From a virus (lineage: Duplodnaviria > Caudoviricetes), in IMG/VR virus record IMGVR_UViG_3300034008_000044, positions 1 to 48,339 of that record: 48,339 bases of DNA; one strand, written 5' to 3'. A program made the position numbers and the translations under genes. The notes under the pieces are model-generated. The model saw only the letters and a list, made by a program, of their open reading frames with translations, was not told the DNA's origin and searched no databases. Shown here in pieces: positions 1 to 7,920 of this stretch (the first letter of the stretch is position 1; the number at the start of each line of letters is the position of its first letter).

Positions 1-122
1 CGTATGCTCTAGGTAGTGACACGAAACCCGACACTAAAAACAAAAACGGCCGCCTATGGCAGCCACCCAAAACAAAACACAAAAACACCCCCGAAAAAAC
101 AAAAACACTGAACAAGCGCCTT
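1..122. repeat. Terminal direct repeat, left copy (circular assembly overlap or short DTR)
   Basis: 1-122 equals 48218-48339 except position 31 (A here, T in the right copy). Confidence 0.95.
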
Positions 123-143
123 CCTCGCAAGGGCGCTTTTTCA
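14..143 (+). ncRNA. Putative small RNA (two hairpins, A/C-rich linkers, intrinsic terminator)
   Basis: Promoter TTGCCT-N17-TATGCT lies across the genome junction. Hairpins TAGTGAC..GTCACTA (perfect in the right copy) and GGCCGCC-TAT-GGCAGCC. Terminator at 113-143. Confidence 0.5.
113..143 (+). terminator. Rho-independent terminator
   Basis: AAGCGCC-ttcctcgcaag-GGCGCTT followed by TTT-CATTT. Confidence 0.75.
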
Positions 144-348
144 TTTATACAGGGTATTTTCCAGGCCGCTCCAGGCCCCTGCCCGCTCCAGGCCCCTGCC
201 CGCTCCCCTCATATGCATCGGCACCTGCATATGATAGGCCCTCACTCTGATACTCATATGCACCTGATCCAGCAGGGCAGTCTGGCAGCATTAGCGCTAT
301 CAGCATCATATAGATATAATGCAAATACAAACCTAATCAAGGATCTAT

Positions 349-1920
349 ATGGAAACACTGGACATCAACTCACTAAAGGGCAACCCGAAGAACCCCCGCC
401 GTATAAACAAGCATGACTATGAGCATCTGAAACAGTCCATCAAGCGGTTCGGTAATTTGTCGGATGTGGTCCGGAACATCAGGACCGACCAGCTAGTGGG
501 TGGACACCAGCGGACCAACGGGTTCAAGGAACTCGGCGGCACCGTCCATATCACGGAGCGCTATGAGCAGCCGAACTCAGTCGGCACCGTGGCGATTGGA
601 CACATCCAAATCGGTGATGAGCGATTCGGATATCGTGAGGTCGACTGGTCGCCTGAATGGGAAACTGCCGCCAACATAGCAGCCAACCGGATCCAGGGCG
701 AGTTCGACCAAGACCTGCTGGCTGAGCTAGACTATGAGCTGAGCCAACTGGAAAATGGTGCCGAGCTGCTGGACCTAACCGGACAGCGTGAGGACGAAAT
801 CGCCAAACTTTTGGGCAGTGTGAGCGGCGATGGTGAGGAAGTCGAGCCGGGCGGAAACCTGGCGGATAACTTTATTGTTCCGCCATTCAGCGTCCTGGAT
901 ACACGTCAGGGATATTGGCAGGACCGCAAACGCAACTGGACAAGTATTGGTATCAAGTCCGAGCTGGGCCGTGCTGGTGAGGATGGCAAGGGCAGCATCG
1001 GCGGCAACGGAGCGTCACTCGGCGCCGGGTTGCAGGCTCGCCGTGGTGCTGACGGCAAACTAGAATACACGCCGATCCTGTCACGCCAGGGCGATGAGGA
1101 AGTTTCAGGCACGTCCATATTTGACCCGGTCCTTTGTGAGATCTCATATCGCTGGTTCGGCAATCCCGGCGGCGTGGTCCTGGATCCATTTGCGGGCGGC
1201 TCAGTGCGTGGGATCATAGCGGGCAAGGTCGGCATGGAATACATCGGCCTGGAGCTTAGGGGCGAGCAGGTGGCCGCCAACCGGGTCCAGGGTACCGAGC
1301 TGATGCGGGATGGTGAGCCGATGCCCGCCTGGGTCGAGGGCGACAGCAACAAGACCCTGGATACCATCACGGATCCGGTCGACCTGATATTCAGCTGCCC
1401 GCCTTATGCGGACCTGGAAGTCTACAGTGACGATCCTGATGACCCGAGCAACATGCCATATCCGCAGTTTCTCAGCATGTACCGCAGCATCATCACCAAA
1501 GCCTGCAGCAAACTGAAAGACGACAGCTTTGCGGTTTGGGTGATAGGCGAGGTCCGAGGGAAAGACGGCACCTATTACAATTTCGTCGGCGACACGATCC
1601 AGGCGTTCAAGGACGCCGGGGTGTCCTACTATAACGAGATGATACTCATCAACTCAATCGGCAGCCTGCCGATGCGGGCAGCCAGGGCTTTCAATGCCAG
1701 CCGCAAAATCGGCAAGGGCCACCAGAATGTCCTGGTGTTCTATAAAGGCAACCCGCAGAACATCAAACTAAAATTCCATGAGCTGGACTTCTCCAGCCTA
1801 AAGGATGAGAGTGCTGCGGCACCGGCTCCGGCAGATCCAGCGGCTCCAGTCCTGGACCAGGCGCCAGGCACTCAGCCAGGTGAGCAGCTGCAGGGCGAGC
1901 CAGTTCCGACATTGTCCTAG
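349..1920 (+). CDS. ParB-like N-terminal domain fused to an amino-(N4C/N6A) DNA methyltransferase
   Basis: N-terminal NPKNPRRI..LVGGHQR (ParB/Srx-like). SAM motif VLDPFAGG and catalytic-type motif SCPPY. Confidence 0.8.
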   Translation: METLDINSLKGNPKNPRRINKHDYEHLKQSIKRFGNLSDVVRNIRTDQLVGGHQRTNGFKELGGTVHITERYEQPNSVGTVAIGHIQIGDERFGYREVDWSPEWETAANIAANRIQGEFDQDLLAELDYELSQLENGAELLDLTGQREDEIAKLLGSVSGDGEEVEPGGNLADNFIVPPFSVLDTRQGYWQDRKRNWTSIGIKSELGRAGEDGKGSIGGNGASLGAGLQARRGADGKLEYTPILSRQGDEEVSGTSIFDPVLCEISYRWFGNPGGVVLDPFAGGSVRGIIAGKVGMEYIGLELRGEQVAANRVQGTELMRDGEPMPAWVEGDSNKTLDTITDPVDLIFSCPPYADLEVYSDDPDDPSNMPYPQFLSMYRSIITKACSKLKDDSFAVWVIGEVRGKDGTYYNFVGDTIQAFKDAGVSYYNEMILINSIGSLPMRAARAFNASRKIGKGHQNVLVFYKGNPQNIKLKFHELDFSSLKDESAAAPAPADPAAPVLDQAPGTQPGEQLQGEPVPTLS

Positions 1921-1928
1921 TCGGTGCT

Positions 1929-1957
1929 TGCCAGACTGCACGTCAGCTGCTACTCTT
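1929..1957 (+). promoter_or_regulatory. Sigma70-type promoter with CACGTCAG in the spacer
   Basis: TTGCCA-N17-TACTCT, upstream of the GGATCTCAC motif and ATG 1983. Confidence 0.55.
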
Positions 1958-1982
1958 GGAAAGTAAACAAAGGATCTCACCC

Positions 1983-2177
1983 ATGAACACCGCCATCGAC
2001 AACCGCCAAAAGATACAGGACATCCGCCGCCGGATGCTCAGCGGCGCCATCACATACGCCCAGGCCAAAGATGAAGCCGAGCCGATCATCACCGCCATCA
2101 ATGCCCGGAGTGCTGAGATAGCCAAAAAGTACGGCAAAAGGGCCAGCAGACTATCGTTTGCTGCGATCATGCGCTGA
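1983..2177 (+). CDS. Hypothetical protein
   Basis: ATG directly after AAGGATCTCAC; MNTAIDNRQK... Confidence 0.75.
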   Translation: MNTAIDNRQKIQDIRRRMLSGAITYAQAKDEAEPIITAINARSAEIAKKYGKRASRLSFAAIMR

Positions 2178-2242
2178 TGTCTGTCTATCAGAAACGATGC
2201 AAACGCTGCGGCGACGTCCATGCGAAAACTAAGAAGTGCTGA
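2177..2242 (+). CDS. 21-aa putative Zn-binding microprotein (CxxC..H..C)
   Basis: TGATG coupling; MSVYQKRCKRCGDVHAKTKKC. Confidence 0.45.
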   Translation: MSVYQKRCKRCGDVHAKTKKC

Positions 2243-2253
2243 TGACCTAATCT

Positions 2254-2472
2254 ATGGCATATAAGAAAACACGTCGCAAATCAAAGAGTAAGCCCCGCTA
2301 CTCCATGAACGAATCGGACCTGCTGGCATTCGGTCAGTGGGTTCTGTTCGTGGCGTTCGTATGGCTGACCATAGCGGCGATCATCACCCTGGATGACAGG
2401 CTCATGCGGTTCAGTATCGGCCTGGGTATCATCCTGGCATATGGCGTTAAGAAGAAATGGTTTACACTGTGA
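2254..2472 (+). CDS. Small two-TM membrane protein
   Basis: Basic N-terminus followed by two hydrophobic segments. Confidence 0.7.
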   Translation: MAYKKTRRKSKSKPRYSMNESDLLAFGQWVLFVAFVWLTIAAIITLDDRLMRFSIGLGIILAYGVKKKWFTL

Positions 2473-2476
2473 GGGA

Positions 2477-2526
2477 AGCCCCCTCGGAGTTGTTGGCGTG
2501 AGATCCCTGCTCCGGCGGGGCCTTTT
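2477..2526 (+). terminator. Long hairpin/terminator whose loop carries the complement of the start-associated motif
   Basis: GCCCC-c-TCGGAG..CTCCGG-c-GGGGC then CTTTT. The loop contains GTGAGATCCCTG. Confidence 0.6.
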
Positions 2527-2564
2527 ATGCTTGACCGGAGAGGTGACCATTATATAATGATACT

Positions 2565-2668
2565 TGTGGCGATGAGCCACATGAGGGCCTTACAAACGCT
2601 TGAAACCGATGCGAGGGCTTTCAAGCGAGCAGGTGGAACACTGGACCGTCCGAGGGGGCGGTCTTTTT
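2565..2668 (+). ncRNA. Putative small RNA
   Basis: Promoter TTGACC-N16-TATAAT (2531-2558). Hairpins GTGGC/GCCAC and CGCTTGAAA/TTTCAAGCG. Terminator GACCGTCC-gagg-GGGCGGTC-TTTTT. No convincing ORF. Confidence 0.6.
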
Positions 2669-2696
2669 AATTGGCTCTGACCTCTGTCAGACTTAC

Positions 2697-2762
2697 TTAT
2701 CCACATGAAAATGCGGCACGGTGCTATTTTGCCCTTGCGTGTACGGCACGGTGCTGTAAAGT
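2697..2762 (+). promoter_or_regulatory. DnaA-box-like 9-mer plus a promoter with a duplicated operator
   Basis: TTATCCACA at 2697-2705. CGGCACGGTGCT occurs twice, with a palindromic core GCAC-G-GTGC, around TTGCGT-N16-TAAAGT. Confidence 0.5.
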
Positions 2763-2839
2763 AGTAGGTATCAGGCCCGCAAGGACCTACCGATACTTAA
2801 CAATCCAGCCAGTCACAAGAATAAGCAAAGGACCATCGC

Positions 2840-2935
2840 ATGGAAAACTACTGTACGAACTGCGGGGCCGACACTGATGACGGTAACTTCTACTGCTCAG
2901 ACAAGTGCGCCGCCGCTATGCAAAGCCAGGACTAA
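2840..2935 (+). CDS. 31-aa Zn-finger microprotein (CxxC..YCSxxC)
   Basis: AAGGA RBS; MENYCTNCGADTDDGNFYCSDKCAAAMQSQD. Confidence 0.7.
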   Translation: MENYCTNCGADTDDGNFYCSDKCAAAMQSQD

Positions 2936-2965
2936 CAATATATCTCACGAAAGGAGATCAGCATC

Positions 2966-3130
2966 ATGTACAAAATCGTCAACCTCATCACCGAAAAAGT
3001 CACCCAGGAAAATCTGGACTTCTACCAGGCCAGGGCCATCATCAACAGCAACCGCAACCTCATCCTGATGGATCAGGATACTGACGTCGCTGAGGGCCTG
3101 GAGCGCCGCCGCCGATTTATCGCCGCCTAA
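2966..3130 (+). CDS. 54-aa hypothetical protein
   Basis: AAGGAG RBS; MYKIVNLITEKVTQ... Confidence 0.7.
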   Translation: MYKIVNLITEKVTQENLDFYQARAIINSNRNLILMDQDTDVAEGLERRRRFIAA

Positions 3131-3161
3131 TCATCAAACCAGTAAACAGGGATCTCACATC

Positions 3162-3521
3162 ATGGCATACATCACAGCCGACCGCACCAAGGAAATCAAA
3201 CGGGAACTGCAGCAGGCATTCCCAGGGCTGAGGTTTTCAGTCCGCAACCGCCACTATACCGAGGTGGCGGTCACCATCACCCAGGGCGACGTCGATTTCA
3301 GCGACATCATCGAGGGCGAGGGTCACAAATATATCCAGCTCAATCACTTCTACCTGGACCGATACGGCCGCCACTCGGAGCTGCTGACCGATATCTATGG
3401 CATCATCAACAAAGGGAACTATGATCGCTCGGACAGCATGACCGACTACTTCGATGTCGGGTTCTACATCCACATGCAGATCGGTGAATGGGATAAGCCA
3501 TACATCTATAAAGCCAGCTAG
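3162..3521 (+). CDS. LPD29-like (large polyvalent protein domain) protein
   Basis: IKRELQQAFPGLRFSVR..NYDRSDSMTDYFDVGFY pattern; start-associated motif upstream. Confidence 0.7.
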   Translation: MAYITADRTKEIKRELQQAFPGLRFSVRNRHYTEVAVTITQGDVDFSDIIEGEGHKYIQLNHFYLDRYGRHSELLTDIYGIINKGNYDRSDSMTDYFDVGFYIHMQIGEWDKPYIYKAS

Positions 3522-3583
3522 TCACTGACCTGGGCAGGTCGTAAAACTGCCCAGCCAACAAACCATAAACAGGGGATCTCACA

Positions 3584-3679
3584 ATGTCCAAAATAGCCGA
3601 ACCAATAACTCATGCCTTTCCACGGGTCGACGGCCCGCTCACCATGGGCATGCTAATCAAGATTGCGAGGGGCGAATGA
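3584..3679 (+). CDS. 31-aa hypothetical protein
   Basis: Follows AGGGGATCTCACA; ATGA-coupled to the next ORF. Confidence 0.55.
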   Translation: MSKIAEPITHAFPRVDGPLTMGMLIKIARGE

Positions 3680-3756
3680 CCGACATGCATATCAATCAGC
3701 GGCTCTATGAGCTGCACCAGGCTCGCCGTCTGGCGAAGTTTGTGAGGGAAATATGA
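3676..3756 (+). CDS. 26-aa hypothetical protein
   Basis: ATGA overlaps at both ends; MTDMHINQRLYELHQARR... Confidence 0.45.
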   Translation: MTDMHINQRLYELHQARRLAKFVREI

Positions 3757-4106
3757 ACCAGGAATACATCAGATATCGACAGTACACTCCGGACGGTTTC
3801 ATGTATTGGGGATATGGCATATACGCCACGGCATGGGAGCGCTTTGCTGGTCCGCTCAAAGACTATGACAGCGAGCCATATATCGGTCTGCAGGATCACC
3901 GCAATATCCGGATGTACGTCGGCGATATAGTCCAGGCTGATCTGCAGGGCGATGAGGACACCATGGTGACCGGACCCGTAAAGTTCGACATGGGCCAGTA
4001 TGTCATCATGACTGAGGATGGCGTCGGTCACTCGACCGCCCAGCTGCGGCGGGATGGCTGGACCCTGATGATACTCGGAAATATCCATGAGGGGTCTGCC
4101 GCATGA
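3753..4106 (+). CDS. YopX-family-like protein
   Basis: YIGLQDHRNIRMYVGDIV..ILGNIHE pattern. Confidence 0.7.
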   Translation: MNQEYIRYRQYTPDGFMYWGYGIYATAWERFAGPLKDYDSEPYIGLQDHRNIRMYVGDIVQADLQGDEDTMVTGPVKFDMGQYVIMTEDGVGHSTAQLRRDGWTLMILGNIHEGSAA

Positions 4107-4390
4107 AACTCTACAACGTCAATCTGACCGTGTCGGATGAGGATACCAACGAGCAGCTGGTCCAGCTGAAAGCGCCGCATCTGACCGGGCAGCAGGTCAT
4201 CCATCTGAATACCGAAGTCCTGGCTGGACTACTCCAGGAACCGGAGCCGGAGATCGTGACCGTATCGAAACCGCAGCCACCTGCCCGGCCAGTACGGAAA
4301 CGGAAGATCCGTAATCTACTCGGCCGCCGGGTGGATCCGCCTATCGAGCCGATGGACGGGCCAAGCAGTGATGATATCAAAGATATATAA
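4103..4390 (+). CDS. Hypothetical protein
   Basis: ATGA-coupled ORF. Confidence 0.65.
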   Translation: MKLYNVNLTVSDEDTNEQLVQLKAPHLTGQQVIHLNTEVLAGLLQEPEPEIVTVSKPQPPARPVRKRKIRNLLGRRVDPPIEPMDGPSSDDIKDI

Positions 4391-4401
4391 AGGAGAATAT
4401 C

Positions 4402-4917
4402 GTGACCGAAACTAATACCAAACCACTCACCATCCAGGTCGGTGACTTCCTGGCAGCGCCGAACACGGTCTGGCTGCGGGTCGCTGCAGTCCTGGATCAG
4501 GGCGTCGCCCTCTATGGGCTGGTGACCCTGGCGGACCATACTCATATGCACTGGTACACTGCCGCCGAGATCCGCAGCAAAAAGCTCCGGCGGGGATCGC
4601 CGCAGTTTGATCTATTCACCTCGCTGCAGATCGGTGACATTGTCCAGACGGGCGATGCTGATGGTCCATATGTGAAAGTCCTGGCACGGGTCGGCGATGC
4701 TGTCCTGCTGTCTGAGGAACCATCCCAGGCTGCGGACGTGGTCCTGGACTTTGGCCGGATGATGAACGAAAAGCTGGGCCGGGATGTCATGAGTGATGAG
4801 CAGGCTGAAAAGCTCCAGGCCGCCCGCAGCACGAACCAGGCTCACCAGCGGGCTGGCGACTGGTATGACGTCCATACGATGGCGCTGCGCAACTGGAACG
4901 TCGTGAGGGAAAGCTGA
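4402..4917 (+). CDS. Hypothetical protein (two SH3/KOW-like repeats)
   Basis: AAGGAG RBS; IQVGDFL.. and LQIGDIV.. repeats. Confidence 0.65.
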   Translation: MTETNTKPLTIQVGDFLAAPNTVWLRVAAVLDQGVALYGLVTLADHTHMHWYTAAEIRSKKLRRGSPQFDLFTSLQIGDIVQTGDADGPYVKVLARVGDAVLLSEEPSQAADVVLDFGRMMNEKLGRDVMSDEQAEKLQAARSTNQAHQRAGDWYDVHTMALRNWNVVRES

Positions 4918-5030
4918 TGGATGGCTGGCTCTATGATGACCGGGTGATGATAGCTCTGACTGTCATCATCCTGGCAGTCTTTGCCGCTGTCACTGCTTGG
5001 GCGCTCCGCCAGGGGGCTGACGATGAGTAG
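4917..5030 (+). CDS. 37-aa single-TM protein
   Basis: TGATG coupling; MDGWLYDDRVMIALTVIILAVFAAVTAWALR. Confidence 0.6.
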   Translation: MDGWLYDDRVMIALTVIILAVFAAVTAWALRQGADDE

Positions 5031-5265
5031 AAAAGAACCACCGAATGATCCTATCGGCGACATCTATCGGATCCTGGACCAGGCTGGGCTGTCCGGCGGC
5101 ACTCTGCTGAACGGCAAGCAACCCATTCTGACTATCGTCAACGGGATCCGGACCAAGATCGCCAAGCTGCTCAATGAGTACGTCATGAGCCGTGAAACTG
5201 ACATATATGAAGCTGGCTATCGCCAGGGAAAGGAAGACCAAAAAAATGGCAAGACTAGGATATAG
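5023..5265 (+). CDS. Hypothetical protein
   Basis: ORF in operon; YEAGYRQGKED tail. Confidence 0.65.
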   Translation: MSRKEPPNDPIGDIYRILDQAGLSGGTLLNGKQPILTIVNGIRTKIAKLLNEYVMSRETDIYEAGYRQGKEDQKNGKTRI

Positions 5266-5437
5266 GAGTGTCAGCCTGCCGGATGAGGATCATGCTGACC
5301 TGGTCGGCATCGGCGAACGCAAAGCCAAAGAAGCCGAGCAGGTCACGGGTGTCTATAAAGAGATATCGCCGCCTGAGGTCATCCGCCTGCTCATCAAAGA
5401 ACACAAGGCCCGCCAGGGTGCCGGGGCCGCATCATGA
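5246..5437 (+). CDS. Putative ribbon-helix-helix DNA-binding protein
   Basis: YRSVSLPDED strand then helices ending SPPEVIRLLIKE. Confidence 0.5.
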   Translation: MARLGYRSVSLPDEDHADLVGIGERKAKEAEQVTGVYKEISPPEVIRLLIKEHKARQGAGAAS

Positions 5438-5661
5438 ACCCGGAAGAACTGAAAACGCTGCGGGAAGTCGCCGCCAGGGATACCACCGTCATGGGCTTTT
5501 TACGCCTATGGGAACAGGTCGGCGGTCCGGTCGAGGTCATGCTGGTCCAGCTCATCAAGAGCCTATCCAGGGAAAAGCTGTCATACATCGAGCTGGCGGA
5601 TAAAATGGTCAGCATGCGGGCGGGCGAGGTGCCAGTCCTGAAAGGCGGGCGGAATGACTGA
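5434..5661 (+). CDS. Hypothetical protein
   Basis: ATGA-coupled ORF. Confidence 0.65.
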   Translation: MNPEELKTLREVAARDTTVMGFLRLWEQVGGPVEVMLVQLIKSLSREKLSYIELADKMVSMRAGEVPVLKGGRND

Positions 5662-6244
5662 TGCGTATCCACTACAATGGCCGCCAGCCTGGAAACGAAC
5701 TGACTATCCGGCTCGGCATCCGGCCATGCTCAATCACTTCCTCAAAGCACGGGATGGTCTGCTGCGGGAACTCGAACTGCTGGGCGCTGACGACATCGTC
5801 ATGTCCACCAATATACCGATTCGCAAGGATGGTCTGCCGTATGCAAATCAGCGTCAGCCTGATGATCCTGGGGTGGCGATATACTTCACCCTGGACGGTC
5901 AGCCGCAGTGCATACCGTGTGACAAGTGGGATACGGTCGCCCAAAACCTCAGGGCCGTCGAGCTGACCATCGGAGCGCTGCGGGGCCTGGAGCGCTGGGG
6001 CGCCAAGGAAATGGTGAACGCCGCATTCCGAGGTTTCAAGGCCCTGCCGGAAAGCGTCATCGTGACGCCATACACCACCCGCCCGTGGTATGAGGTGCTG
6101 CAGGTCCAGCCGGACGCCAGCCATGAGGTGGTCCGGGCAGCCTATCGAAACCTGGCCGCCAAATACCATCCAGACAACCAGGACACTGGTGACAATATCA
6201 AATTCATCGAACTGCAAAATGCATACAAGGAGTTCCAATCGTGA
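5654..6244 (+). CDS. Phage J-domain (DnaJ-like) protein
   Basis: N-terminal AYPLQWP..DPGVAIYF..IPCDKW; C-terminal J-domain WYEVL..AYRNLAAKYHPD. Confidence 0.9.
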   Translation: MTDAYPLQWPPAWKRTDYPARHPAMLNHFLKARDGLLRELELLGADDIVMSTNIPIRKDGLPYANQRQPDDPGVAIYFTLDGQPQCIPCDKWDTVAQNLRAVELTIGALRGLERWGAKEMVNAAFRGFKALPESVIVTPYTTRPWYEVLQVQPDASHEVVRAAYRNLAAKYHPDNQDTGDNIKFIELQNAYKEFQS

Positions 6245-6597
6245 GCTATGATCTCGGACTATACAAGACCAAGGACGGCGATGAGCCGCTGACGGTCGAC
6301 CTGCATCGTGAGGGTGGCACTTACGCCATGAACGGCACGGATCAGGCTGAGCTGAATATCACCTATAACTACAGCCCGTTCTTCCGGGATACTATCGACC
6401 CGGAGCTGGGCATTCGCTGGCTCTATGGACGCCAGGCAAAGGACTGCATCGACCGCCTGAAGTTTGCCGTCACCAAGCTCGGTACTGAGCGGTCAGAGGA
6501 CTACTGGAGTAAAACGGCCGGGAATGCCGGGCATGCGCTGAGCATCCTGCTGTCCTGGGCCGAGCAGCATCCGGAGGGTTACTTCCATGGCGACTAA
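6241..6597 (+). CDS. Conserved phage hypothetical protein
   Basis: MSYD..LNITYNYS..GNAGHAL pattern. Confidence 0.75.
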   Translation: MSYDLGLYKTKDGDEPLTVDLHREGGTYAMNGTDQAELNITYNYSPFFRDTIDPELGIRWLYGRQAKDCIDRLKFAVTKLGTERSEDYWSKTAGNAGHALSILLSWAEQHPEGYFHGD

Positions 6598-6925
6598 TAC
6601 CGATGATCTATCACCTGCAGCAAAGGCGGCCGTGTTCGGTGTCGCCATGCCTTTCATCCTGGTCGGCGTCATCCTGGTATATCTGCCGCTGGGCCTGCTC
6701 CGAGCCTGGGCGGTCTGGCTGCTCTATACCTGGTTTGCTGAGCCGCTGGGCGCTCCGGATCTGAACGTCTGGCATGTATGGGGGCTGCTGCTGCTCTATG
6801 CCCTGCTGACGCTCAACACTTTCAAGAAACGTGATACTGAGGGGTTCTGGAAAGGGATCGCAGGCCAGGTCATCGGATGCCTGGCGATGGTCCTGGTCGG
6901 ATACCTCATCAAGGGGTGGATATGA
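6587..6925 (+). CDS. Multi-TM membrane protein
   Basis: 3-4 hydrophobic segments. Confidence 0.75.
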   Translation: MATNTDDLSPAAKAAVFGVAMPFILVGVILVYLPLGLLRAWAVWLLYTWFAEPLGAPDLNVWHVWGLLLLYALLTLNTFKKRDTEGFWKGIAGQVIGCLAMVLVGYLIKGWI

Positions 6926-7176
6926 GCCAGGAACGCATCAGGTCGTGGTGTCCGGCCTGCAAAAGCAAAGACACCGTATTCGTCGCATCCGGCGGATACC
7001 TCACCTGCAGCTGGGTCGAGTGTCCGGAGCCTGACTTCATGAAAGCCTGGCAGACATTTGTCGACAGCATGATCGGTGACGATGAGCCAGAAAAGGCGCC
7101 GAGCCGGATCTGGAACAGCGGGAAGAACGCACTGCGGCATCAGCAGCGTGAGATCGCCAGGGAGATCCGACCATGA
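6922..7176 (+). CDS. Zn-ribbon hypothetical protein
   Basis: CPAC..LTCSWVECPEP. Confidence 0.7.
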   Translation: MSQERIRSWCPACKSKDTVFVASGGYLTCSWVECPEPDFMKAWQTFVDSMIGDDEPEKAPSRIWNSGKNALRHQQREIAREIRP

Positions 7177-7412
7177 GTAAGGACACCACCATCGTGGTCG
7201 GCTGCAGCCACCAACAGATCAAGTACTATCTGCAGCAGATGAACATACCGCTCAACCAGGCCAGGCTAGTCACTGGTGTGGATCAGGTTTATGGATACCG
7301 GGATACGCCGCTGATCTATGTCGGCGAGTATTGGCGGATCACTGATATCGGCAAAATCATGGAGTATGCTGCGATGCATAATCTGTACACGCCGAGCGAG
7401 GTGGCAGCATGA
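7173..7412 (+). CDS. Hypothetical protein
   Basis: ATGA-coupled ORF. Confidence 0.65.
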   Translation: MSKDTTIVVGCSHQQIKYYLQQMNIPLNQARLVTGVDQVYGYRDTPLIYVGEYWRITDIGKIMEYAAMHNLYTPSEVAA

Positions 7413-7600
7413 GCGAGCCATCACTCAATGACCAGGTCAATATCGAGCTGGATACCCGCAAGATCCGCCAGGCTGTCGACGCCGGGAAGATATCCCTGGA
7501 TGAGATAGCCAGCGCCCCGGTGGTCATGGTCTGCGAATGCGGCCTGGAGCAGTCTATCAAGAACGACAGCTGCGAGCGCTGCGGCCGGAGCCTGGTATGA
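7409..7600 (+). CDS. Small Zn-ribbon protein
   Basis: CECG..CERCG. Confidence 0.65.
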   Translation: MSEPSLNDQVNIELDTRKIRQAVDAGKISLDEIASAPVVMVCECGLEQSIKNDSCERCGRSLV

Positions 7601-7920
7601 GTGCCGCCAGGACTGCCGGGATATTCGCCGGGATCGTGACCGCCACCGCTTTCATGATCTTCCTGGCCGCCGCCGTGTACTGGCAGGTCAGACGCCCGCT
7701 GCCGGAGCCAGGCTATTCCGAGCCATGTACGGTCCAGGCATGCATCGAGATCCACCAGGCTGATGGCGCCCGCTACAGTCTGAACGACTTCCGGATGCTC
7801 GGACCTGACTGCATCGCTTTCATATCCATGCCGGACGGGAAAAATCGGAAGTACTGCGGGAAGTATGACCTCAAATGGATCGGACCAGACACCTCAGCAC
7901 GAAAGGAACAGACTATATGA
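7597..7920 (+). CDS. Membrane-anchored Cys-containing protein
   Basis: N-terminal TM; four Cys in the soluble part. Confidence 0.65.
   Translation: MSAARTAGIFAGIVTATAFMIFLAAAVYWQVRRPLPEPGYSEPCTVQACIEIHQADGARYSLNDFRMLGPDCIAFISMPDGKNRKYCGKYDLKWIGPDTSARKEQTI

Noticed and set aside
56-250. 64-aa ORF MAATQNK...
   Set aside because: No RBS, low-complexity sequence, and it runs through a clear terminator. An sRNA reading fits better.
349-1920. ParABS partition system
   Set aside because: The ParB-like domain is fused to a methyltransferase, a common phage arrangement, and I found no ParA ATPase.
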